Virus record (IMG/VR): IMGVR_UViG_3300032315_001715
Location: 62,001 to 126,000 of that record
Direction: 5' to 3' (one strand)
DNA length: 64,000 bases
Shown here one piece after another: positions 50,888 to 60,480 of the stretch. Position 1 is the first letter of the stretch, and each line of letters begins with the position of its first letter. A program made the translations under genes and the position numbers. The notes beneath the pieces are model-generated. The model saw nothing but the letters and a program-made list of their open reading frames with translations, was not told where the DNA came from and did not search any database.

Positions 50888-51241
50888 TTAAAAATCGTCT
50901 CCGGCCCATCCGGACGTTTTATGTGGCCTCGGTCTCCGGCGTTTTGGTTTTAAGGGTTTGTTTGGATTCGGGCCCTTATATGATGCCAGGACGCTAGATG
51001 GAGGATTCTTGTATTTTGGTTCCGGACCTCTGGGTCTCGGTCCTATGGCATAGCATTCTTTTGGAGGTGTTTCTGGTGGTACATACGGACGCCATAACCG
51101 GGCGTCGACCTCCTCCAGTTGATTGAGCTTCTCTTGCTCAATCAACATTTGCTGATAATCATCAAGTTTCTTGGTACCAGAACGTCCTCTGCCCTTGAAA
51201 AACTTTCTTTTACCGCTGTGTCCGTCTACAATATATCCCAT
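50888..51241 (-). CDS. basic Pro-rich hypothetical protein
   Basis: 117-aa ORF with TAAATA just upstream. Confidence 0.5.
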   Translation of the reverse strand: MGYIVDGHSGKRKFFKGRGRSGTKKLDDYQQMLIEQEKLNQLEEVDARLWRPYVPPETPPKECYAIGPRPRGPEPKYKNPPSSVLASYKGPNPNKPLKPKRRRPRPHKTSGWAGDDF

Positions 51242-51298
51242 GCAGATATTTAACGGAATGTCATGATAATTATCAATAATCCGGAGGCATCAGAATGC

Positions 51299-52201
51299 TC
51301 ACGAAGACTTTGAAATGTTCATTGACAGATATTGCCATACAAACGTTGCAGCAGCTATCGCGGTGATTTGCGAGTGATCGTATGCCGGTGCCACCTCGAC
51401 ACAATCCATGCCAATCCAATTGATATCCTGTAACTCCTCGATGACCTCCATCAACCACATCGACGTTAGTCCGCCGATCTCTGGAGTACCAGTCCCAGGT
51501 GCATATGCAGGATCAAGGCAGTCAATGTCTAGGCTGAGATAGCACGGGCGATCGCCAACCTTTGCACGTATCAGTTCGGCCATGAATCTCGGTGAATGTC
51601 TCATGGCCTTTCGGGCAGTCACCGTGGTACCACCGCGGCATTCGAGGAATGCACGGGATATCTCATCAGCAGGACTGCGGATACCTATGCTGATGGTATG
51701 ATGCGGATCAATGAGGTTGTCCTCAATCGCACGGAACATCCATGTCCCATGCCCGGTGGGCATGCCAAAATGATCCTGCCAGGTATCACAATGTGCATCA
51801 AAATGCACAACGGCTATTTCTGCCGAGGTGTACGACCGTTCTAATGCTGCAAGTATTGGATGTGTTATGCCATGATGGCCGCCAAGGGTCACAACGTGCT
51901 TTCCGGCAAAGGTGCGCATGCTGCGCCGTATTTCGCTCATGGCATCGATATTATATCCGCTAGGGATGGCCATGTCCCCAACATCCCCGACATGATCGAT
52001 CAGGGATACCGGATACCGCTCGTTTACACCGTCGGTTAGCATCATGCTAGCATCACGGATGGAGTTTGGTCCCATCCGTGATCCACTGCGGAACGTGGTT
52101 GCGCAATCGACCGGGGCACCAATGACGACAAATTTCTGATCGGTATAGTTTTTTATGCCGCTGAAGTTGCGTGTGCTACTATATTGGAATGGTAGATGCA
52201 T
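51299..52201 (-). CDS. speB: agmatinase (ureohydrolase family)
   Basis: GSRMGP, LGGHH, HFDAHCD, SLDIDCLDP, PGTGTP, EVAP. Confidence 0.9.
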   Translation of the reverse strand: MHLPFQYSSTRNFSGIKNYTDQKFVVIGAPVDCATTFRSGSRMGPNSIRDASMMLTDGVNERYPVSLIDHVGDVGDMAIPSGYNIDAMSEIRRSMRTFAGKHVVTLGGHHGITHPILAALERSYTSAEIAVVHFDAHCDTWQDHFGMPTGHGTWMFRAIEDNLIDPHHTISIGIRSPADEISRAFLECRGGTTVTARKAMRHSPRFMAELIRAKVGDRPCYLSLDIDCLDPAYAPGTGTPEIGGLTSMWLMEVIEELQDINWIGMDCVEVAPAYDHSQITAIAAATFVWQYLSMNISKSS

Positions 52202-52202
52202 G

Positions 52203-52535
52203 TTAGGTAATTAGCCCGCCGCCGCCTGGTATCGTTAATCCGCTGGTCATCGAGGTATATCCCTTGATAGCATCCTGATTAGCCCTGACCATGCATACCA
52301 CGTGATCACGTGATACCGGATGTCTGGCATCTCGATCGCTGCCCAACATCCAGAACGGTACCATCTGTACGCCCGGCTGCTGTGTGCGAGGATCCTGCGA
52401 TAGTACCATCAGCAGAGGTTTCGCTATGGTTACGATCTTTTCGGTGATTTCAACGATCTTACCGATCACCTCATCCCCATTGGAGATCTTAAGACAAATG
52501 ATATCGTTAGCAACGAGTGGTTTTTCAAGTAGCAT
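52203..52535 (-). CDS. Sm-like fold phage protein
   Basis: IICLKISNGDEVIGKI..IAKP..MVPF..Y..MTSGL. Confidence 0.55.
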   Translation of the reverse strand: MLLEKPLVANDIICLKISNGDEVIGKIVEITEKIVTIAKPLLMVLSQDPRTQQPGVQMVPFWMLGSDRDARHPVSRDHVVCMVRANQDAIKGYTSMTSGLTIPGGGGLIT

Positions 52536-52599
52536 GGTAGCTCTCCGGTTTCTATTAAGCAATATGCTTGATAGATTTGGCGAGCGCAACCTGTGTAGG

Positions 52600-53490
52600 T
52601 TATCTCAGCTTGACCAATTGGCCCCAGTAAGATCGATTGTTTATCAAATCTATGGTACCAACCTTTCTTGATTCCGGCACCCGAGGAGGATTGGCATACG
52701 ATATGTGTACCCATCCTCCTCCTCCGGCATATTCCAACAACAGCTGATCAAATGGGACATTGTCACGACACCACAGTGCAGTTTCATGTAGGGCCGAAGG
52801 ACCGCCTTGTGTTCGTCGAAAATCACAAGCTTGGAATTTGCAATGTTGCGATGTTGGATTGTTTTGCACCGGCCTGATAGTGCTGTTTACGGCAAAATCA
52901 GGAAAATGATTTTTGATTCGATCAAGAACATTTACCGACAATAATCGTGCGTTAGCAATCAACTGCCACGGTGTGAGACCATTGCTACCCCGTTCACCAA
53001 TTTTCCACGGATCGGCAGACCAGTAGGTGTTTATACCGTTGCCCCTAGCATGGAACGGGAATTCGGTTAGCTGCTGGACCGTGAAATTTTGGCTGAGCTG
53101 GAAGGTTGGAGGTACCGGTCCGGTTCGATTTTCAATGCCGCCGGTATCGTTGCTGATTATCCGCCCAGACGTGGTTGGCGCTCCGCTAACAGGCGGCGCT
53201 TCTTCGGCTGGTACTCCGGTTGCTTGTGCTTGGGCAACCTGCTCCGGAGTAACAACACCTTGCTCGATCAGCCGTTGATTCAATGCTGCTTGTTGATTCG
53301 ACGCTTCTGCACCGCCCTGGAACTGTATGTCCTCTCCGCCGTTCATATAAACTGTTAGCTCGCCTTCGAAACTAGCAGGTATGCCCCGTTCCTTTGCTGG
53401 TTGCCAAAGCGCAACGGGTACTTGATTAACATAGGTATCAGGACTAAACCAAACGTCTTGTCCTATGTAGCTCGGTGGGTTTAACGGCAT
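52600..53490 (-). CDS. peptidase M15 domain protein (peptidoglycan hydrolase, possibly virion-associated)
   Basis: LSQNFT, NSTIR, SQH..QACD, FDQLLLE, WVHISY. Confidence 0.8.
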   Translation of the reverse strand: MPLNPPSYIGQDVWFSPDTYVNQVPVALWQPAKERGIPASFEGELTVYMNGGEDIQFQGGAEASNQQAALNQRLIEQGVVTPEQVAQAQATGVPAEEAPPVSGAPTTSGRIISNDTGGIENRTGPVPPTFQLSQNFTVQQLTEFPFHARGNGINTYWSADPWKIGERGSNGLTPWQLIANARLLSVNVLDRIKNHFPDFAVNSTIRPVQNNPTSQHCKFQACDFRRTQGGPSALHETALWCRDNVPFDQLLLEYAGGGGWVHISYANPPRVPESRKVGTIDLINNRSYWGQLVKLR

Positions 53491-53529
53491 TGAATTTATC
53501 CTTTCACAGGTATCAATTATTTAAGGCCG

Positions 53530-53793
53530 TTATTGACGATTGAAAAATGCAGCCAGTTCGGTATATCCACCAATGTAGTTACCTTCTAACCAAATCTGAG
53601 GAACCGTCTTGGCATTTGGAGCCTTTTCCAGCAGCATGGCCTTGGTTACATATTGTTGATTTTCAGTTAGGGCGCTTTCTCCAAATCCCGAACTGATGAT
53701 GTATTCTTGATAACTTATGCCTTTCTCGTTAAAAAGTTCTTTTGCCTTGACGCAATAAGAGCAGTTAATCTTGGTATAAATGTCGGCCTTCAT
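53530..53793 (-). CDS. glutaredoxin
   Basis: IYTKINCSYC, TVPQI, IGGY. Confidence 0.92.
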   Translation of the reverse strand: MKADIYTKINCSYCVKAKELFNEKGISYQEYIISSGFGESALTENQQYVTKAMLLEKAPNAKTVPQIWLEGNYIGGYTELAAFFNRQ

Positions 53794-53803
53794 TATTAAC
53801 CTT

Positions 53804-54508
53804 TCACAATTCTGAATGCTGTTTATGTACGAGCCTACCATCGACGGTTCGATCTATCCATACGCTATGGGGCGGAGGAGTTTTACCAGCATGTTGGTAA
53901 TGCCAAGCCCATCTAGAATGGTAGTTTACCGTTGCGGTAGGAACGTGGTGTTTCGCCATGTTGCTTTGGATCACGGATGCCCAAAATTGCCTGTCGCTCC
54001 ATAAGCGCATGGCTGATTCCGTGATCCAGTATGTTAACAAATGCAACGCCGGCTTGCCAATAAACATGCAATTGGTATCACAAAAATCTCGGCCATTGCT
54101 TTCGACATCATCAACATATAGGTGATCCCCCGATTCAGTGCAGATGTTTCGAGTTGCTGTTACGATTGCCGCACCGGTCGATCGCATCGTGTCAACCATG
54201 GTCGATACGTGATCAGTGCAAAATGTGTTATCAGCATCAAGGAACGCAACCGCATCGTATCCGCGGCTAAACGCCGAAATAGCACCAATTGCCCTTGGAG
54301 TTGCACCAGCATCAGCATGTTGTACTGGTAATATCATGTGTTCAATGTTGGCAAATATTTTAAGACAGGGGTGTGGTAATCCGTCAGCTATAAACATATG
54401 CGTAACATCGCCATAATCCTGAGATGCCACCGAATCGTGGCATCTCTTTAAGATTTCATATTTCTCATTGTGATAGGGTGTTACAACCGCTACACGAGTT
54501 GTGGTCAA
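53804..54508 (-). CDS. glycosyltransferase family 2
   Basis: VVTPY, SVASQ, ADG, GATPR, FLDADN. Confidence 0.85.
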   Translation of the reverse strand: MTTTRVAVVTPYHNEKYEILKRCHDSVASQDYGDVTHMFIADGLPHPCLKIFANIEHMILPVQHADAGATPRAIGAISAFSRGYDAVAFLDADNTFCTDHVSTMVDTMRSTGAAIVTATRNICTESGDHLYVDDVESNGRDFCDTNCMFIGKPALHLLTYWITESAMRLWSDRQFWASVIQSNMAKHHVPTATVNYHSRWAWHYQHAGKTPPPHSVWIDRTVDGRLVHKQHSEL

Positions 54509-54939
54509 AGGCTAAGCCCCTTGAAACTATTTTCGTCGACGTCCATCTTAGCATCACCGATCTTATAACTTGAGATCTCCTGGCGATAGTAATCTGGAAT
54601 TTGATTCTTCAAAATGCAGAACATGTTATAAGTTCTCCCATCCATGAAAGGGGTTATGTCTATTAACCTGTTTTCCCAGGTTTGAATTACGCTATGCAAG
54701 ATAGCTATATGACCATCACGGTTAATATCTCTCAGAAGGTAATATCCAATAATACGAGTGCCACCATACCAATTAGTATATTCGATGGTATTATTGTGGC
54801 AGTCCCACTCCTTACAAAATGGTTTTGATATGATTGGAACCATTCCAATCCAGCGAGCGTCAAGAGATTTTGCAAAATCAATAAGGTCTTTATCAAGCTC
54901 CGGTATGATGAACATTTTCTGATCTAATCTTCCATCCAA
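54505..54939 (-). CDS. hypothetical protein fused to a duplicated NrdB C-terminus
   Basis: CHNN..HSV..IDITP domain; ends ISSYKIGDAKMDVDENSFKGLSL, identical to NrdB. Confidence 0.7.
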   Translation of the reverse strand: MDGRLDQKMFIIPELDKDLIDFAKSLDARWIGMVPIISKPFCKEWDCHNNTIEYTNWYGGTRIIGYYLLRDINRDGHIAILHSVIQTWENRLIDITPFMDGRTYNMFCILKNQIPDYYRQEISSYKIGDAKMDVDENSFKGLSL

Positions 54940-55660
54940 CTGCAGGACCTGACCTCGGACGATATTCAGGATGATACAACATCTTATGCATGGTTGCTAG
55001 GGCAAGTCCAAGTGATCTGCAAAATTCATCTAGATTACCAATTGTAATATGGTCCATACCAGTTGGGTCTGTCAAAATCCATCTATAGCTTTTCTTATTG
55101 GCCGCACCTTTGTATTTTGAGTTTGCAGCACCGATCTTAGATTTCCTTTCATCCGGACATGACCCCAAAATTCTTCCCTTACCTTTGGCAGAAATTTTCT
55201 CTCTTGTTTCTTTGCTATGGATTTTGGGGCCATATCCTCCCCTAGATTTTTGTAGCATTGATCGAAAAGCACGCTGTTGGTCTGCCTTTTCTTTTGATCC
55301 ATATATTTCTTCGTAAGATTTGCCTTTGTGATTTGGCGGTCTTGAATCTTCGCAAATGTTAGTAAGTATTCCGCCTTTGTTGTAGCCCTTGCGTCCATAT
55401 TTTTTGATCAGAGAAGCTTCGAGCTCATATGCTATGTCTTCATCAATTATATTTTCTGCAACATAAATTATCTTGGGCTCAAGGCCTGCTGCTCTTATAG
55501 CAGTGATTTTGTTTTCTTTGTGCATGTTACGGGTTTCTGGTATTTCCCACAAATGAGTGATGGCTCTACGACCCGTTCCTTTGCCCACATAAAAAGGCTG
55601 ATCGTTTTTTCTTGGATCAGCCAAAATATAAACATAATAAGTTATCTCTGTCTCCTGCAC
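54893..55660 (-). mobile_element. GIY-YIG (LEM-3-like) homing endonuclease with NUMOD3 repeats
   Basis: YYVYILADPR..PFYVGKG.G.R, LE..LI.KYGR, LTN, HSKETREKIS. Confidence 0.85.
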
Positions 55661-55691
55661 TTTGATAAACCTATTTAGTGCAGGAGACAGA
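55647..55691. promoter_or_regulatory. 15-bp inverted repeat enclosing a late promoter and covering the endonuclease start codon
   Basis: TCTGTCTCCTGCACT/AGTGCAGGAGACAGA with TAAATA at the loop. Confidence 0.75.
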
Positions 55692-55700
55692 AATCATTGT

Positions 55701-56834
55701 TTATAAACTTAGGCCCTTGAAACTATTCTCGTCGACGTCCATCTTAGCGTCACCGATCTTATACGAGGAAATTTGGACTTGCTGAGGTGCCACCTGCACT
55801 TCCTTGCCGGAAATCCATTTGTTGGTCCACGGTAGTGGATTAGCCTTTCCCTTGTAGGGGCTATCGAGGCCAATGCTAGTCATGCGAGAATGTGCGATGT
55901 GTTCGACATAATCCTTGAGCAATGCTGCATTAAGACCAATCATCGATCCATCCTTGAACAGATAATCGGCCCAGGCCTTTTCTTGATCAATGGCAGAAAT
56001 AAACATCTTGGTAACCTCATCCCTGCACTCGATTTCGATTTCAACAAAATCAGGATCGTCCTTCGGCAACAGCTTTATCAATGTCTGCGTGCTGCCGAGG
56101 TGTAGATTCTCGTCACGGCAGATAAATTTGATGATCTTGGCATTGCCTTCCATCTTCTTCAATTCGGCAAATGCCCAAGAGCACGCAAAGCTAACGTAAA
56201 ATCGAATACCTTCAAGTGCATTAACTGAATTAAGACACAGCCACAATCTCTTCTTTAGTTCCCTGCGACGTATGTCGATGGTCTGGCCATTGACGCTGTG
56301 CGAACCTTCTCCTAGTAGATGATACCACTGGGTGTATTCGATCAAGCTGTCATAATACTTGGTGATATCCCTGGCGCAGTCGACGATCTGTTCAATATCG
56401 AGCATGGTATCAAATACCTTGCCGGGATCCGGATAGACGTTGCGGATGATGTGCGTGTAGCTCTTGGAGTGGATGGTCTCGGAAAATGCCCAGGTCTGTA
56501 TCCAGGTTTCTAGCTCTGGTAGTGAGCAAATGGACAGGAACGCGAGATTTGGCGCACGCCCTTGCACGCTGTCGAGGATTATCTGTCGCTTGAGGTTGGA
56601 CGTAAAGATGTGCTGTTCATGCGGACTCAGTGCGCGAAAATCCTTCTGGTCCTTGGTTACATCAACTTCCTGTGGTCTCCAGAAGAAACTTAGCTGGTTC
56701 TCGGTAAGACGATCAAACACGCGGTATTTGATGTTGTCATATCTAGCAACAGTTGTGGTGCCAGATTGGTCCAGGAATGCCCGGACCTTGGTGCTGTTGG
56801 CTCTGTTGCCGCTGTCTAGTGTATGGAATGTCAT
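55701..56834 (-). CDS. nrdB: ribonucleotide reductase class Ia beta subunit
   Basis: FFWRPQEVD, LDSVQGR, ETIHSKSY, LEGIRFYVSF, RDENLH. Confidence 0.97.
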   Translation of the reverse strand: MTFHTLDSGNRANSTKVRAFLDQSGTTTVARYDNIKYRVFDRLTENQLSFFWRPQEVDVTKDQKDFRALSPHEQHIFTSNLKRQIILDSVQGRAPNLAFLSICSLPELETWIQTWAFSETIHSKSYTHIIRNVYPDPGKVFDTMLDIEQIVDCARDITKYYDSLIEYTQWYHLLGEGSHSVNGQTIDIRRRELKKRLWLCLNSVNALEGIRFYVSFACSWAFAELKKMEGNAKIIKFICRDENLHLGSTQTLIKLLPKDDPDFVEIEIECRDEVTKMFISAIDQEKAWADYLFKDGSMIGLNAALLKDYVEHIAHSRMTSIGLDSPYKGKANPLPWTNKWISGKEVQVAPQQVQISSYKIGDAKMDVDENSFKGLSL

Positions 56835-56856
56835 AATGTGTCTCCTGAGCTCTATA

Positions 56857-57552
56857 TTATTGTCTATCTTCTTGTGAAGAGCAATACCTCAATCTACCTT
56901 TAACCCAGCCGTGTGGTTCTTGACCTGGATCAAAGTACCGGCATTCTTGACTATTGTTGTACCATTTCTTACCTAAGGCGGCTTTCGGTGGATTAGCTTT
57001 GACATTGGCAACCCACCCATAAGTTCTATTGTTGATATATGGTGTTGGATCGATGCCTTTGAGATAGAATTTGGTGTACAGATGTCGTGAGACTCCAGTT
57101 GCCTGTTGTAGTTCTTCATATCCTAGATAGGTGGCACTTTTATACTCCAGGGTTTTTGTCTTGATTTTGGACATCTGCGTCTTCCAATTTTCTGACTTAT
57201 TCCTACCCTTGTGAGCTTTGCTGATGCGCTCCTTTATATCATCAGTGGGCCTCCAAGACTTGTTATGCTCGCGAATGTGTTCGCCAAATTCACGTTTAAT
57301 CCAACCATATGATTTGTTGTTACGGTTAGCCATCATGTTGGCCGCATAGATCAACTTAGAATTGCCTGGATAGATCTTAACCAATAACAGATGAGCAATG
57401 TAGTGCTCTTCTGGTGTCAACCGTACAAGGTTAGAAGGATTATCTGACCCTCCAACACACTTAGGAATGATATGGTGTTTCTCAGCATAACCTTCAAATA
57501 CTCTATTGCGACCTTTGTTGATTAACTGCGAATAGATCCTACTATAGTTCAT
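56857..57552 (-). mobile_element. MobE-like HNH homing endonuclease between nrdA and nrdB
   Basis: EKHHIIPKCVGGSDNPSNLVRLTPEEHYIAHLLL; same position as T4 mobE. Confidence 0.88.
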
Positions 57553-57555
57553 AGA

Positions 57556-59874
57556 TTACAAAACACAGCTATCGCAAGTAGGATCTTCAACTTTCTCCGT
57601 TGACGAATCTTTATCTGCTTCCATCATTTTGGAAACATTGACCTCTCCTTGCCCATCGAATTGGTTCATATAATACCAAGTTTTGTGCCCCCACTTGTAT
57701 CCAAGGATCATGTGCTGTAACAGCTCGCTCATCGGAAGCTGTTGATTCTCATGATGTTCCGGGTTGTAGGATGTATTGATGCTGATGCTTTGGTCGATGT
57801 ATTTTTGCAATACCGCTGCTATCTTGAGATAGCCTTCTGGACTGGCTTGATCCCAGAGAAGATCATAGCGATTCTTGAGCCTACGGTACTCGGGAACGAC
57901 CTGCCGCAATACACCGTCCTTGCTTTGCTTCACGGAGATGTATGACCTTGGGGGTTCAATGCCATTGGTGGCATTGCTGAGCTGGCTAGAGCTTTCGCTA
58001 GGCATCAATGCCATCAGTGTCGCATTACGGATGCCGTGTTCCTTGGCCGCAGCACGGAGATTGTCCCATGGCATGCGCTCACGGTATGGTACCAGATCAT
58101 CAACTTCTTTCTTACGTGTGTCAATTGGCATGATTCCCAGGGAATACTTGGTATCATCAACTCCCTCGCACGCGCCCTTTTCGCGAGCCAAGTCAATTGA
58201 CGCCTTGATGAGATAGTAGCTCCATGCTTCCGCGTATTCGTCAACCGTTTCCAGCGCGGAATCGTCGCTATACTTGAGACCATTCTTTGCTAGCCAATAG
58301 GCAAAGTTAATAATACCAACGCCAAGTGGACGATACAAGTCAGTATGCTTTCTTGCTGCCAGTATTGGATAATCCTGATAACTCAACAGGGCATCAAGTC
58401 CTCGAACTGCCAAGGTACACGGCTTTTCAAAATCCTTGGGTTCTCGGATCTTACCCCAGTTAATTGCCGATAGGGTGCAAAGTGCTACCAATCCGTTGGG
58501 ATCATTAACGTCGTCCATTGGTTTGGTTGGCAAGGTGATTTCTGCACAGAGATTGCTCTGTCGGACTGGCGCAACGCTTTCAATGAATGAGCTATGCGTG
58601 TTAGCATGGTCAACATTCATGAGATAAATCCGACCAGTATTCTTGCGTTCCTGCATGAACATGGTGAAGAGGTCAGCAGCTTTTAAGGTCTTTTTACGAA
58701 TCTTGGTGTTGCGCTCGGCCGCTTCATAAAGTTCCCTGAAACGCTCCTGATCAGCAAAGAAGGCATCATACAATCCCGGTACGTCTCCGGGCGAGAACAG
58801 CGTGAGATTGCCACCGGTCAATAGCCGTTCGTATGCGAGCTTGTTGAATTGAACTCCATAATCCATGTGACGTGCGCGATTTTCCTCGGTACCCTTGTTG
58901 TTCTTTAAAACGATTAGATCCTCAAACTCCCAGTGCCAAAAGGGGAAATACACCGTAGCTGCGCCGCCTCGTATGCCCCCTTGATTGCAGCTCTTAACAG
59001 CACTTTGAAACAGCTTGATAAAAGGCACGATACCGGTATGATACGCATCGCCCCTGCGGATCGGGCTTCCTATGCCACGAATACGGCCGGCATTGATTCC
59101 AATGCCGGCCTTCTGGCTAACGTATTTCACAATGGCCGATGTGGTTGCATTGATGCTGTCTATGCTGTCGTCGCTTTCAATCAACACGCATGATGAAAAC
59201 TGTCGCTGCGGTGTTCTCACACCGGCCATTACCGGTGTCGGTAGGCTCACATCGTGATTGCTGATGGCATCATAGTAGTCCTTGATCCACTTCAAGCGCG
59301 TGGCAGTTGGATAAGATGCAAACAACGTGGCTGAAATCAGCATGTATGCGATCTGCGGCGTTTCAAACAGCTGACCGGTCACTCGATTCTTTACCAGATA
59401 CTTGCCTCGCCATTGCTCCATGGCAACATAGGTCAGCTCATAATCTCGATCATGGTCGATGTATGTTTCCATCACTCGCCATTCATCGTCACTGTATGAT
59501 TCCATTAGCTCGGAGTCATAGTATCCCTCACCAACTATCTTGACAACATGCTCCTTGAGCGATGACGGATTGATACCCCCATAAACTTCCTTGCGTATGT
59601 GATAGTTGATCAATCGACCAGCAACATACTGGTAGTTTGGGGTTTCCTCGGTGATAAGATCAGCTGCGGCCTTGATCAACGTTTCTTGGATGTCTCTGGT
59701 CTTCATACCAGTATAGAACTGTAGCTGCGATCGTATTTCAACCTCGCTGGCCGAAACTCCACTGATCCCCTCGGTGGCCCACATAACCTGACGATGGATT
59801 TTTTCAATGTTTAGCAGCTCCCGCCGTCCGTCCCGTTTAGTGACGTATATCTCTCCATGCTTGCTAGTAACCAT
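57556..59874 (-). CDS. nrdA: ribonucleotide reductase class Ia alpha subunit
   Basis: ATP cone VTKRDG, QFSSC, SNLCAEI, LMPSESSS, WYY, C-terminal CDSC. Confidence 0.98.
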   Translation of the reverse strand: MVTSKHGEIYVTKRDGRRELLNIEKIHRQVMWATEGISGVSASEVEIRSQLQFYTGMKTRDIQETLIKAAADLITEETPNYQYVAGRLINYHIRKEVYGGINPSSLKEHVVKIVGEGYYDSELMESYSDDEWRVMETYIDHDRDYELTYVAMEQWRGKYLVKNRVTGQLFETPQIAYMLISATLFASYPTATRLKWIKDYYDAISNHDVSLPTPVMAGVRTPQRQFSSCVLIESDDSIDSINATTSAIVKYVSQKAGIGINAGRIRGIGSPIRRGDAYHTGIVPFIKLFQSAVKSCNQGGIRGGAATVYFPFWHWEFEDLIVLKNNKGTEENRARHMDYGVQFNKLAYERLLTGGNLTLFSPGDVPGLYDAFFADQERFRELYEAAERNTKIRKKTLKAADLFTMFMQERKNTGRIYLMNVDHANTHSSFIESVAPVRQSNLCAEITLPTKPMDDVNDPNGLVALCTLSAINWGKIREPKDFEKPCTLAVRGLDALLSYQDYPILAARKHTDLYRPLGVGIINFAYWLAKNGLKYSDDSALETVDEYAEAWSYYLIKASIDLAREKGACEGVDDTKYSLGIMPIDTRKKEVDDLVPYRERMPWDNLRAAAKEHGIRNATLMALMPSESSSQLSNATNGIEPPRSYISVKQSKDGVLRQVVPEYRRLKNRYDLLWDQASPEGYLKIAAVLQKYIDQSISINTSYNPEHHENQQLPMSELLQHMILGYKWGHKTWYYMNQFDGQGEVNVSKMMEADKDSSTEKVEDPTCDSCVL

Positions 59875-60003
59875 GTATCGGAATCCTTTTGATGCTATCG
59901 GCGATGTAAATTTCTATCTGTCTAAAAGACTTAGAATTGTGTATTTAAGTTCTAGCTTCGACGCCTGTCGAATAATTTTATATCGTTTTTGGCGGCGTGT
60001 TGA

Positions 60004-60468
60004 TCATCTAACCTTCATATGATGTTTTCCATCATATGCGTATTGTTGCTGTATCCATACGTTTTTTAACGCTGCGATGCGTGTTACGGACCCATAGTCT
60101 AGGTTCAACATCCATTGGTTGTCAGCTAGCAGAACCAATTTTTGTATCCGTTGATCAACATCGTTGATCAAGGCTAGTGCAAGCCGAGTTGCGTTCCATC
60201 GTTGGTCTTCCGAAAGCAGCAATGTATAAAACATACCAATGGCCATGCTGCTGTCGTCGAACTCGCCGCCGTGCATCAACTGCCACGGATCGGGCCATTG
60301 ATCCGGTTGATCCCAATCTATCAGTCGTGTTGACAATGGAGCAAGGTCCCAAAATTTTAGAACCATTTCAAGCTGTTCTAGATCTGATCGATCGGCTGTT
60401 AGGGTGGCCCGCAGATTCTTCCATTCTGCGAGCGCTGCCTTCTTTCCATTAATAAATGGCGAATGCAT
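60004..60468 (-). CDS. hypothetical protein
   Basis: W..APL..WPDPWQL..G.F..GMFYTL; co-oriented with neighbours. Confidence 0.6.
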   Translation of the reverse strand: MHSPFINGKKAALAEWKNLRATLTADRSDLEQLEMVLKFWDLAPLSTRLIDWDQPDQWPDPWQLMHGGEFDDSSMAIGMFYTLLLSEDQRWNATRLALALINDVDQRIQKLVLLADNQWMLNLDYGSVTRIAALKNVWIQQQYAYDGKHHMKVR

Positions 60469-60480
60469 GATAACTCCGTG

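Noticed and set aside
55701-59874. Introns or inteins in nrdA and nrdB
   Set aside because: Both ORFs are continuous and of normal length; the endonucleases are free-standing.
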